Source of the DNA: Dehalococcoidia bacterium
GTDB lineage: Bacteria; Chloroflexota; Dehalococcoidia; Bin125
Direction of reading: 5' to 3'
Length of the DNA: 64,000 bases
Assembly (NCBI GenBank): GCA_963663895.2
Contig: CAXXRD010000002.1
Coordinates: forward strand, 256,001-320,000
A program made the position numbers and the translations under genes. The notes under the pieces are model-generated. The model made no database searches, was not told the origin of the DNA, and saw nothing but the letters and a program-made list of their open reading frames with translations. Positions 17,856 to 26,032 of this stretch are shown here, one piece after another (position 1 is the first letter of the stretch; every line of letters starts with the position of its first letter).

Positions 17856-18824
17856 CTAGGCCAGGGCCATGATAGCGATGCCGCCGATGACGATCAGCGC
17901 GCCCAGCCACAGCCAGCGCGTGACGCGCTCTCCCAGGAAGAGGGCGCCGAAGGCCATGCCGATCAACGGGGAGACGGAGAAGAAGACCGTGAACTCGCCG
18001 GCGCTAATGTGCTGGAGGGACAGCGTGACGAGCACCGCCAGCAGCCCGGTCCCAACGGCGCCGGAGAGCAGGATCCAGGGCAGGCTGCGACGCGGGATCG
18101 ACCAGCGCCGCAGGCTGGATCGGGGTTGGACGAGGGCCACAGTGAAGACGAAGGGCAGCACGACGGGAATGCGCACGCTGGCGGCCGCGGCGGCGTCGAA
18201 CCCTTCCGCCGCGTACCGCAGCAGGACGGAGGCCGCGCCGAAGAGGACGCCCAGGAAGATCGCCAGGCTCAACCCGATGGCGAAGCGGTGCTGGTCGCAG
18301 AAATGGCGCCAGGCGCGGCGCGGCGGGTCGGCAGCGATCGCATCCCGCCGGAGGATGGCCGCCGCGTCGTCCACAGAGATCGCCTCGCTGGGCCGGCCGT
18401 AGTTGGCGACCAGGTACACGCCGGCGAGCACGATGACGGAGCCGATCCCGATGGCGATCGTGACGGCGTCGCCCAGGAAGGTGGCGCCGAAGGCGAACGC
18501 GGCCACGACGGAGACCCCCGTGGTGATCGTGAAGGTGCGACTCAACCCGAAGAGAGGGATCGCGACGGCGTAGAGCGTTTCGCCGATGCCGCTGGCCAGC
18601 AGCCCCTGCGCCAAGAGCAGCCCGACATCCTCGGCGCTCATGCGACCGAACTCGCCGGTCGCGCCGAGCGCCGGGACGGCGATCACGAAGAAGATCGCGG
18701 CCGCCAGCATGCGCAAGGCGCTGAGGGAGTAGGGGTCGACGTGGCGCGCCTGCGCCGACATGACGAGGCTGGCCAGGGCCCAGGCGGCGGCCGTGCCGAG
18801 CGCGGCGGCGATTCCTAGCGCCAT
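17856..18824 (-). CDS. EamA/DMT family transporter
   Basis: Two 5-TM repeats each ending FLG(D/E).VT....G..(I/L)(V/I)..G. Confidence 0.88.
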   Translation of the reverse strand: MALGIAAALGTAAAWALASLVMSAQARHVDPYSLSALRMLAAAIFFVIAVPALGATGEFGRMSAEDVGLLLAQGLLASGIGETLYAVAIPLFGLSRTFTITTGVSVVAAFAFGATFLGDAVTIAIGIGSVIVLAGVYLVANYGRPSEAISVDDAAAILRRDAIAADPPRRAWRHFCDQHRFAIGLSLAIFLGVLFGAASVLLRYAAEGFDAAAAASVRIPVVLPFVFTVALVQPRSSLRRWSIPRRSLPWILLSGAVGTGLLAVLVTLSLQHISAGEFTVFFSVSPLIGMAFGALFLGERVTRWLWLGALIVIGGIAIMALA

Positions 18825-19008
18825 GGCCTCGGCGTCACCGCGGGATCAGGCGCCCGCCCGGCCCGCGATGGGGAAGCTCTCCATGCGCGCCCTGCCGCCG
18901 CCCGGCATGGACGCCCGCGTGCACCTTCCTCCGCGCTTTCCTTCACGTCTTCCTCAATGACCGCAGCGAAGGAGACCACCCCGCAAGGGGGCGCGACCGG
19001 GGGCGGCT

Positions 19009-19899
19009 TCACCGGATGCGATTCGCGGCCTTGTCCTCGGCGCGCTGCCGTCGCCGGGCTTCCCCGGCGCGGCGGAGCGTCTCGCGGTTCTCCTCGGTGA
19101 CCGCCAGGAAGCGGTCCCGCCAGCCCTGGTCCTCACTCCAGACGGCGGGCGATTGCACCGTCGTGCGGGGCAGCGTCGCGTGCTCCAGCAGGTCCAAGGC
19201 TTGGCCGACGATGGCGTGCTGCATGGCGGCGTCGTAGGGCCGCCCGCAGGAGTTGCCCAGGGGGAAGTCGGTGAAGAGGAAACGGGGCACGCCGCAGTGC
19301 TCGATCACGTCGCGGGCGCTGCCGACGATCACGGTGGGAATCCCGTTCGCCTCGAGGTGGCGCGCCGCCAGTCCAACGGACTGATGACAGACCGGTCAGA
19401 TCGGCACCAGCAGCGCCACGTCCACGCCGTCCTCCCGGCAGCGACGCAGCAAGGCGGGCGCGTCCGTTTCCCGCGTATGGCGCTGCGCGTACTCCGTGGG
19501 GAGCCCGTAGAAGCGGGGCGAGAGCTCGCCGAACCGCCCCAGCGCGCGCCAATCCTGCAGTTGGCGGATCGGGAGGTACGACTCCCGATCGTCCATGTGG
19601 GTCGCCTCGCGGTCCCAGCTCAGATCGTCCGTATAGAGCCGCTCCGGCAGGGCGTCGACCGGCGCGGCATAGACGCGCTTGGGACGCGGCGTATCGCCGC
19701 TGCCGGGATCGAGCGGCATCGCGGTGGTCACCAGCCCCAGCCGGCACTGCGCCAAGGGCTTGCCCAGGGGCGCGAACGGGACGTCGGCGTGGAAGGCGTA
19801 GCGGTAGGGACGCTCGTAGCCGTGCGCCCGGTAGTACTCGCGCGTCCGATCGATGTAGCCGACGAAGGTCGGGTAGGCCGGATCGATCTCCTGCGGCAC
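19009..19899 (-). CDS. GrdB/PrdB-like (glycine/betaine/proline reductase selenoprotein B family) selenoprotein, Sec at UGA 19396-19398
   Basis: ORFs 19396-19929 and 19009-19332 are in one frame, joined as DVALLVPI-U-PVCHQSVGLAARHLEANGIPTV...VPRFLFTDFPLGN; PLAQCRLGLVTTA N-terminal motif; AGGAGG RBS before GTG 19899. Confidence 0.85.
19364..19395 (-). promoter_or_regulatory. Putative bacterial SECIS element
   Basis: Directly 3' of UGA: CCGGTCTGTCAT-CAGTCC-GTT-GGACTG-GCGGC; perfect 6-bp stem, apical loop starting with G 18 nt after UGA. Confidence 0.7.
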
Positions 19900-20088
19900 G
19901 GTCGTCCTCCTGCGGCTCCGCCGGTCCACTCCGCTCAGGGTACGTCACCGCGGCGGCCGGGCGCACGACCCCCACGGCGGCGCTAGGGTGATCGCCATCA
20001 GCGCACGCGCCGACGACGCCCCCGCCGGCAAGCGGAGGGAGGCGATCGCCGAGAATGCCCACGTCATCCGAGGAAGAGGTATGCGGTC

Positions 20089-21255
20089 ATGATCGACTGG
20101 CTTGGGATCGAGCACCTGTTCGAGCTTTCCGGGACGGAAGCGATCGCGGGGTTTTTCACCCCGCTGGCGATCTTCGCCGTGTTTTTCCTGGCGCAGCTCA
20201 TCCTGCCGGCAAGACGGGTGCCTGGCTACGTCGTCGATCCGGCCACCGGTGAACCCCGCCGCTACCGGCTCAACGGCCTGCTGGTGTTCGCCATCGCGCT
20301 GATCGTGTGGGCGACCGAGATCACGGGGATGCCGCGCGACTGGTTCTACCGCTCCTCGATCTACGCGGTGGCCGGCGGCACGCTCTTCACCGCCATCTTC
20401 ACCATCGCAGCGGTGTTCAGTCAGCCACACGCCGGCCGAGCCGGACGGCAGCGGCACGCTGAGATTGGAAATCCGATCCTGGCGCTGTGGGTGGGGCGGG
20501 TCCAGGAGCTGTCGCTCTTCAACAACCGCGTCGACATCAAGATGTATTTCTACGTCGTCGGCGGGACGATGCTGGCGCTCAACGCCCTCTCCGGGGCCGT
20601 GTACCATCACGAGCGCTTCGGCGACGATGCCAATCTCGGCGTGTACCTGTACGCGGCCTTCTTCACCTTCTACGTCCTGGACTACTTCATCTTCGAGCGC
20701 GTCCAGCTCTATACCTACGACCTGATCCACGAGAACCTCGGCTTCAAGCTGTTCTGGGGCGGCCTCGTGGTCTACGGGTGGCTGTTCATCCTCCCGCTGT
20801 GGGGCATGGCCGCCTACCCGGACCCCGGATTCTCGCCGGCCTGGACCTCCGTGTGGCTGATCGGCACGGCGGCGCTGTTCCTGTTCGGCTGGGGCATCTC
20901 GCGCGGCGCCAACCTGCAGAAATACACCTTCAAGCGCTGGCCCGAACGCAAGTTCCTGGGGCTGATCGAGCCCCAGTACATCGAGGCCGGCGACCGCAAG
21001 ATCCTGTGCAGCGGTCTCTGGGGGGTCGCCCGCCACTTCAACTACCTGGGCGAGGGGTTCCTGGCCCTGGCGATCGCTCTGGCCTTCGGCTACTTCGCGA
21101 ATCCCTGGGCCTGGACCTACTTCGCCTTCATCGTCTCGCTGTTCCTTTGGCGGCAACGGGATGACGACAAGCTCTGCGCCGAGAAATACGGCGCCGAGAA
21201 ATGGGCGGAGTACCGGGCGCGGGTGAAGTACCGGATCTTTCCCGGCGTCTATTGA
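20089..21255 (+). CDS. ERG4/ERG24 family sterol reductase-like membrane protein
   Basis: YRLNGL, YTYDLIHENLGFKLFWG, SRGANLQKYTFK, GLWGVARHFNYLGE, RQRDDDKLCAEKYG, YRARVKYRIFPGVY match the ERG24/DHCR7/LBR family pattern. Confidence 0.88.
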   Translation: MIDWLGIEHLFELSGTEAIAGFFTPLAIFAVFFLAQLILPARRVPGYVVDPATGEPRRYRLNGLLVFAIALIVWATEITGMPRDWFYRSSIYAVAGGTLFTAIFTIAAVFSQPHAGRAGRQRHAEIGNPILALWVGRVQELSLFNNRVDIKMYFYVVGGTMLALNALSGAVYHHERFGDDANLGVYLYAAFFTFYVLDYFIFERVQLYTYDLIHENLGFKLFWGGLVVYGWLFILPLWGMAAYPDPGFSPAWTSVWLIGTAALFLFGWGISRGANLQKYTFKRWPERKFLGLIEPQYIEAGDRKILCSGLWGVARHFNYLGEGFLALAIALAFGYFANPWAWTYFAFIVSLFLWRQRDDDKLCAEKYGAEKWAEYRARVKYRIFPGVY

Positions 21256-21430
21256 GGGGGCTCCCCGCAGCGCTCACAACGCTCCCGCCCTGCCCGCCGG
21301 GCCGTCTCTTCAAGAGACGTAACCGGCTTGCCGCCGTACGTCTCTCTATGCCAGCGTTTTCTATGCCAGTGTTCTACGCCAACGCCCCCGAACCGGCCGC
21401 CGCCGGATTCGCCAACGACGGGAGAGCCCG

Positions 21431-21808
21431 ATGAGCCAGACGGCAGGGAACCAGCCCTTGGGAAATCAACGCTCCGTTTGGAAGTGGATCCTCCTCGCGA
21501 TCGTGACCTTCAGCTTCGCCACCTACTTCTGGACCTTCGTGACCCACGACGAGCTGCAGCAGTACCGGCGGCAGGGCGTGGGCGCCGGACTCGGATTCAT
21601 CATCTACTTCCTCTTCAGCCCCGCCACGTTCTTCATCCTCCCCATGGAGATCGCCGCCCTCTACACCGAGGATGGCCGGCCCGCTCCCTTCTCTTGGAAG
21701 ATCGGGCTCTGGTTTCTGCTGCCTCTCGTGGGCAACATCATCTGGTTCATGAGCGTGCAGGGAGCCCTCAACGACTTCTGGGGCTCCAAAGGCGCGCCAG
21801 CGGCCTAG
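21431..21808 (+). CDS. DUF4234-like small membrane protein
   Basis: GNQRSVWKWILLAIVTF..YFW..HDEL...VQGALNDFW pattern; GGAG RBS. Confidence 0.65.
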   Translation: MSQTAGNQPLGNQRSVWKWILLAIVTFSFATYFWTFVTHDELQQYRRQGVGAGLGFIIYFLFSPATFFILPMEIAALYTEDGRPAPFSWKIGLWFLLPLVGNIIWFMSVQGALNDFWGSKGAPAA

Positions 21809-21885
21809 GCTCCGCCGCCGCGCACGCGCCGCCGATCAGGGACCGGGCCGGTTTCGCGCGACCGGGAGAGGACTATGATCACGGC

Positions 21886-22944
21886 ATGGACGCACAGCGG
21901 CGCATGGGGCCGGGGAACGGCCGGAGAGGCGCGCGCGTGACGCGATGGATCGCGGTCGCGCTGGCGGTGGCGCTGCTGGCGGGCGCCACGCTGGCGGCCT
22001 GCTCCTCCGGGAAGGACCCGATCGTGTTCAACGATCTGAACTGGGGGAGCGCGCGCTTCCAGAACCGCGTCGCCCAGTACCTCGCGGAGAAGGGCTACGG
22101 TTATCCGACGGATCTGACCTCGGGGCCCACCATTCCGCTGTTCGAGGGCCTGCGGCAGGGCGAGAGCGACGTGACGCTGGAGATCTGGCTGCCCAACCAG
22201 GACGAAGCGTGGGAGGCCGCGCTGGCGGCGGACGAGGTGGTCGAGCTGGGGGAGAGCCTGGGCCGCATCGGGCAATCGGCGTTCACGATTCCCGCCTACG
22301 TGCGGGAGGCGCACCCCGACCTGGACAGCGTGGACGATCTGCAGGAGGCGCGCTTCCGGGCGCTGTTCGCGACGGCGGAGAGCGGAGACAAGGCGCGGCT
22401 GGTCTCGTGTCCGGCGGGCTGGGGCTGCGAGGCGGCCAACGCGAAGCAGATCGAGAGCTACGGCCTCGCGGACGGCATCGAGATCGTCGTGCCCGAGTCG
22501 GAAGCGGCGCTGTTCGCAGACGTGCTCGCGGCGCACGAGCGGGGCGATCCCTGGCTGGGCTACCTCTCGAGCGAGATGCTGCCCTGGCTCAAGCTGGAGA
22601 TGGTGCGGCTGGAGGAACCGCCCTACAGCCACGCGTGCTGGGAGACGACGAAGGCCTGCGGCTACCAGGAAACGGTGATCGTGATCGCGGCCCGGCCCGC
22701 CCTGGTGGAACGCGCGCCCGAGGTGGCGGCGATGCTGCGGCAATGGGACATGAACCTCGATCGCTACCGGGAGGCGGCGATCTGGACGTTCGAGAACGGG
22801 GCGGGCGCGGGCGATGCCGCTCTCTGGTGGCTGCAGGCGAACGGGGAGGTATGGCGCGAGTGGGTGACGGCGGAGGCCGCGTCCCGCATCCAGAAGGCGC
22901 TCGATGCGGGCGAGCGTCCGCAGGGGTGGCCGGAGGAGGAGTAG
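21886..22944 (+). CDS. Glycine betaine/proline ABC transporter substrate-binding lipoprotein (ProX/OpuAC-like)
   Basis: Lipobox LAAC; FNDLNWGS, DVTLEIWLPN, SCPAGWGC, LEEPPY, VWREWV; start 21886 (6 nt after TATGAT) or GTG 21937. Confidence 0.88.
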   Translation: MDAQRRMGPGNGRRGARVTRWIAVALAVALLAGATLAACSSGKDPIVFNDLNWGSARFQNRVAQYLAEKGYGYPTDLTSGPTIPLFEGLRQGESDVTLEIWLPNQDEAWEAALAADEVVELGESLGRIGQSAFTIPAYVREAHPDLDSVDDLQEARFRALFATAESGDKARLVSCPAGWGCEAANAKQIESYGLADGIEIVVPESEAALFADVLAAHERGDPWLGYLSSEMLPWLKLEMVRLEEPPYSHACWETTKACGYQETVIVIAARPALVERAPEVAAMLRQWDMNLDRYREAAIWTFENGAGAGDAALWWLQANGEVWREWVTAEAASRIQKALDAGERPQGWPEEE

Positions 22945-23054
22945 AGGCGGCGGCCTTGCACCGGCACAACCTTTTGCTCCATGCGGGGCGGCGTACGGCG
23001 CGCGCGGGAGGGGGATTAGTCCTCACGCTCGGCGAACTGGCGCCACTTCCCTTG

Positions 23055-23102
23055 CTGCTTCCCAAGCAGAGGGTCGCGTGTTCGACCCCCGTCTCCCGCT
23101 CC
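23055..23102 (+). pseudogene. tRNA-Gly(CCC) 3' two-thirds fragment (att-like scar)
   Basis: ctgc-TTCCCAA-gcag, agggtc, gcgtg-TTCGACC-cccgt, acceptor strand ctcccgc, discriminator T, CC; D-arm missing, T-stem mismatch. Confidence 0.8.
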
Positions 23103-23218
23103 GACACTTCCCTCTGAGACACAGGCCGGCCAGGCTGCCAGCGAACCTCCTTCTCCAACCCGACATACACCATGTGAAGTGAATGAAGTTTCTCTCCCGT
23201 GCCAGATCGCCACATGTA

Positions 23219-23237
23219 AGTACATATGTTCTACAAT
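23219..23237 (+). promoter_or_regulatory. LexA-like SOS box overlapping a -10 element upstream of DUF5131-tcmP
   Basis: AGTAC-ATAT-GTTCT (23219-23232), one mismatch from AGAAC-N4-GTTCT, abutting TACAAT (23232-23237). Confidence 0.5.
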
Positions 23238-23333
23238 GCAAGTAGTGACGATCCTAGCAAGCTATCCATGCCCGAGGCGACGGTTCGGGTTACGCGCACT
23301 AGAGTTGCCGATGACGGAGTGATGGAGACTACT

Positions 23334-24071
23334 GTGAGCGAGCACTCCACGATTGAATGGACTGACGCGACCTGGAACCCCGTTACCGGATGTGCGGTCG
23401 TCTCGCCTGGCTGCGCACACTGCTATGCGAAGACCTTCGCTGAGCGGTTTCGGGGTGTGCCTGGCCACCCCTACGAACAGGGCTTCGACCTCAAGCTCTG
23501 GCCGGAGCGTCTGAACATCCCGCTCACCTGGAGGAAGCCGAAGCGTGTTTTCGTCAACTCGATGTCCGACCTCTTTCACCCGGACGTGCCGACCGACTTC
23601 ATCCAGCAGGTGTTCGACACAATGCAGCACGCGACACAGCACCAGTTCCAGGTGCTCACGAAACGCTCCGAGCGCGCGCGGGAGATCGCACCGTTGCTGC
23701 CGTGGCCCTCGAACATCTGGCTGGGCGTTTCGGTCGAGAACCAGCACTGGACATCCCGCGTAGAAGACCTGCGTCAGATCCCTGCGGCGGTGCGCTTCCT
23801 GTCGTGTGAGCCGCTGCTCGGTCCGCTGAAGCTCAACCTCGACGGCATCCACTGGGTGATTGTCGGTGGCGAGAGCGGCCATCGCGCCCGCCCTATGCGT
23901 GAGGACTGGGCTGCAGAAATCCGCGACCAGTGCGCGCCTGCTGGCGTTGCGTTCTTTCTCAAGCAGCTAGGAGGAAGACGCGGCAAGCGGTCAGGAGCAG
24001 AGGCAACCCTGGACGGACGCCAATGGCGTGAGTATCCAGTAGCGGTGAACCGAGAGCAGCATGTCTCCTAG
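23334..24071 (+). CDS. DUF5131 family (phage Gp37/Gp68-like, three-Cys motif, radical-SAM-like) protein
   Basis: STIEWTDATWNPVTGC..VSPGC..CYA, FVNSMSDLFH, HQFQVLTKR, RFLSCEPLLG, WVIVGGESG, FFLKQLGG; GGAG RBS before GTG 23334. Confidence 0.93.
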   Translation: MSEHSTIEWTDATWNPVTGCAVVSPGCAHCYAKTFAERFRGVPGHPYEQGFDLKLWPERLNIPLTWRKPKRVFVNSMSDLFHPDVPTDFIQQVFDTMQHATQHQFQVLTKRSERAREIAPLLPWPSNIWLGVSVENQHWTSRVEDLRQIPAAVRFLSCEPLLGPLKLNLDGIHWVIVGGESGHRARPMREDWAAEIRDQCAPAGVAFFLKQLGGRRGKRSGAEATLDGRQWREYPVAVNREQHVS

Positions 24072-25158
24072 CGGTACCACGTGGACTCTGGAGCCACACA
24101 CAATTGGCAAACACCTGGTACTCAAAGGTTACATGCAAGCGTGGCTGCCAATCATGACTAAGTGGAATGGCCGCATCCTCTTCATTGACGCGTTCGCAGG
24201 GCCAGGCGAATACTCAAGCGGTGAGCCGGGGTCGCCCGTCATTGCGTTGCGTGCCTTGATCGACCATCGTGCCCAGAAGCAGTTCAAGAGTGAAGTGACT
24301 TACCTGTTCGTTGAAAAAGATCCGGCTCGAAGCAAACACTTGAAAAGGGTTCTTGGAAGCTTTGAGGGCCAGTTGCCGTCCAAGTGCAAATACGAAGTCA
24401 TCAACTCCACCTTCGATGAGACACTCACAGATGTTCTCGATAAACTTGAAGCGCAACGAGTCAATTTGGCTCCAGCATTTGTCATGATTGATCCATTCGG
24501 AGTCTCTGAAACTCCTATGAGGATTATCGAAAGGATCTTGCGCAACCCGAAGTCTGAAGTCTATATATCTTTCATGTACGAATCGATAAATAGGTTCAGA
24601 GAACATCCCAGTTTCGAAAAACATCTAGACGATCTCTTCGGATGCCGAGAGTGGCGCAAAGGTATAGACCTGACGGAGGGTAAGGAGAGGAAAGCTTTCT
24701 TTTATGAACTGTATCAAAACCAGCTCAAGACCAACGGTGCCAAATACGTCGTATATTTCGAGCTATACGATGGCGATAGGCTAGTATATGCAATCTTTTT
24801 CGGCACCGATAGTTTGAAAGGTTGCGACAAGATGAAGCAAGCAATTTGGAAAGCTGCTCCATTCGGAGATTTCAAGTTCCGAGGTGGCAAGCTGGGGCAA
24901 CTTACGCTTGGTGAGAACATTGTTGATTTTAGCCTGCTTAAGAGTGACCTGCGCAATCGGTTCACATCAAATGGTTGGCAAAAAATAGAAGATGTCGAGG
25001 ATTTTGTGAAATCCGATGCGACGAACTTTCATTCAGGTCATCTCAAAAACAAGGCCTTGAAGCCTATGGAGGCTCAGGGAGAAATCGAAATATGTCCAGG
25101 TACTCGCAAACGATTACGTACGTATCCACCTGGAACTGTCCTCCGATTCCTCTCGTAG
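24061..25158 (+). CDS. tcmP: Three-Cys-motif partner protein TcmP (SAM-dependent MTase-like fold, probable C-terminal wHTH)
   Basis: HTIGKHLVLKGYMQAW, FIDAFAGPGEY..GEPGSP, FVMIDPFG, KMKQAIWK; overlaps DUF5131 stop by 11 nt; AT-rich (line 24541-24600 has 23/60 GC). Confidence 0.88.
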   Translation: MSPSGTTWTLEPHTIGKHLVLKGYMQAWLPIMTKWNGRILFIDAFAGPGEYSSGEPGSPVIALRALIDHRAQKQFKSEVTYLFVEKDPARSKHLKRVLGSFEGQLPSKCKYEVINSTFDETLTDVLDKLEAQRVNLAPAFVMIDPFGVSETPMRIIERILRNPKSEVYISFMYESINRFREHPSFEKHLDDLFGCREWRKGIDLTEGKERKAFFYELYQNQLKTNGAKYVVYFELYDGDRLVYAIFFGTDSLKGCDKMKQAIWKAAPFGDFKFRGGKLGQLTLGENIVDFSLLKSDLRNRFTSNGWQKIEDVEDFVKSDATNFHSGHLKNKALKPMEAQGEIEICPGTRKRLRTYPPGTVLRFLS

Positions 25159-25240
25159 TCGCCTATCATCTCGCGTATTGCACTGACGACATCCTTCCAC
25201 GGCTGGGCACCGCCGTGCGGAGCATGATGCGGCTCCGGAA

Positions 25241-25277
25241 GGGAGTCGGGCGACCTCTCGCTCTTCGCCCGGCTCCC
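25241..25277. other. GC-rich inverted repeat downstream of tcmP
   Basis: gggagtcgggcga-N11-tcgcccggctccc; no U-tract, so terminator role is uncertain. Confidence 0.4.
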
Positions 25278-25319
25278 GCTCGCATTCGGCAAGCAACGGT
25301 CGGATAGCCAGGGGGACAC

Positions 25320-25640
25320 GTGAAACGGACGATCGGGGGATTGCTAGCGGGTTGCGCGCTGGTCGCGGCCGCGGCGTGCGGTGCCGGCGACGAGCAGCCC
25401 TACGGCCCGCCGCCGGAGTGGCGCACGGCCGACGGGTCGGTGACGCCAGAGCAGAAGATCGAACTCGACGCGGCCTGGGAAGAAGTGTGGCGCGCACATA
25501 TGGAGCGCGTGCAGCGCGCCGGGGACGGTGCGGCCGCGTGCGAGATCGACAGCGATTACATGTACGGGCTGCGGGTCCCGGAGGGGCTGCAGGCGTACGA
25601 CACGGCGTGCCTTGCCGACGCGGCTGCGGCGCGCGAGTGA
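25320..25640 (+). CDS. Hypothetical small lipoprotein
   Basis: GGGGGA RBS, signal peptide ending AAACG. Confidence 0.6.
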   Translation: MKRTIGGLLAGCALVAAAACGAGDEQPYGPPPEWRTADGSVTPEQKIELDAAWEEVWRAHMERVQRAGDGAAACEIDSDYMYGLRVPEGLQAYDTACLADAAAARE

Positions 25641-26032
25641 TGGAATACACCGCCAACGTCCCGATGGCGCTGATCGCCGCGTGCTCGCCAAACCGGCGCG
25701 ACTGGTCGAGCAGCCGCGATCTGCTGGTCCACGGTTCCGAAAACGCTGGTATCGGCGACCCTGATCGATCTTTTGATTTTGGCTTCTTTACCAATAGCTG
25801 TGACGCAAATTGGCGGTCCCATCGCCAGAACAATGGCATGGGGCTGGAAGCGATCCTCGCCCAAAGATAACCATCACAGCGCGACCACTCCCTGGCTGAG
25901 GGATACGTTCTGGTTGTCAACGCCGCGCGGTGGCGACTACTTTGTTTTGCATGAACCCGTGGCGAACCTGATTGTGCCGCCTTCGTGGCCGGTGGATGAC
26001 CGCTGCGGGCGCCGCCGGTTAGAGTAACCATC

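Noticed and set aside
15393-18818. 1141-aa plus-strand ORF and other long antisense ORFs (2404-3843, 10619-12361, 61190-63229)
   Set aside because: Shadow frames opposite well-supported genes, expected in high-GC DNA; no family motifs
19009-19929. Two separate small genes or a nonsense pseudogene
   Set aside because: The TGA falls exactly at the UxxC position of the family and is followed by a SECIS-like hairpin
21328-21885. N-terminal extension of the 538-aa ORF (likewise 31479-32009 of the 666-aa ORF and 27306-27398)
   Set aside because: Extensions overlap other real genes; signal peptides, RBS or coupled starts point to downstream starts
23004-23104. Intact or intron-containing tRNA-Gly (GCGGGAG at 23004 pairs with CTCCCGC)
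   Set aside because: About 44 nt between acceptor 5' strand and anticodon stem with no D-arm consensus, and a T-stem mismatch; a 7-mer match is plausible by chance in high-GC DNA
25640-25870. 76-aa ORF coupled by TGATG to the small lipoprotein
   Set aside because: No recognisable motif and atypical composition in its second half; possibly a remnant, not supportable as a gene
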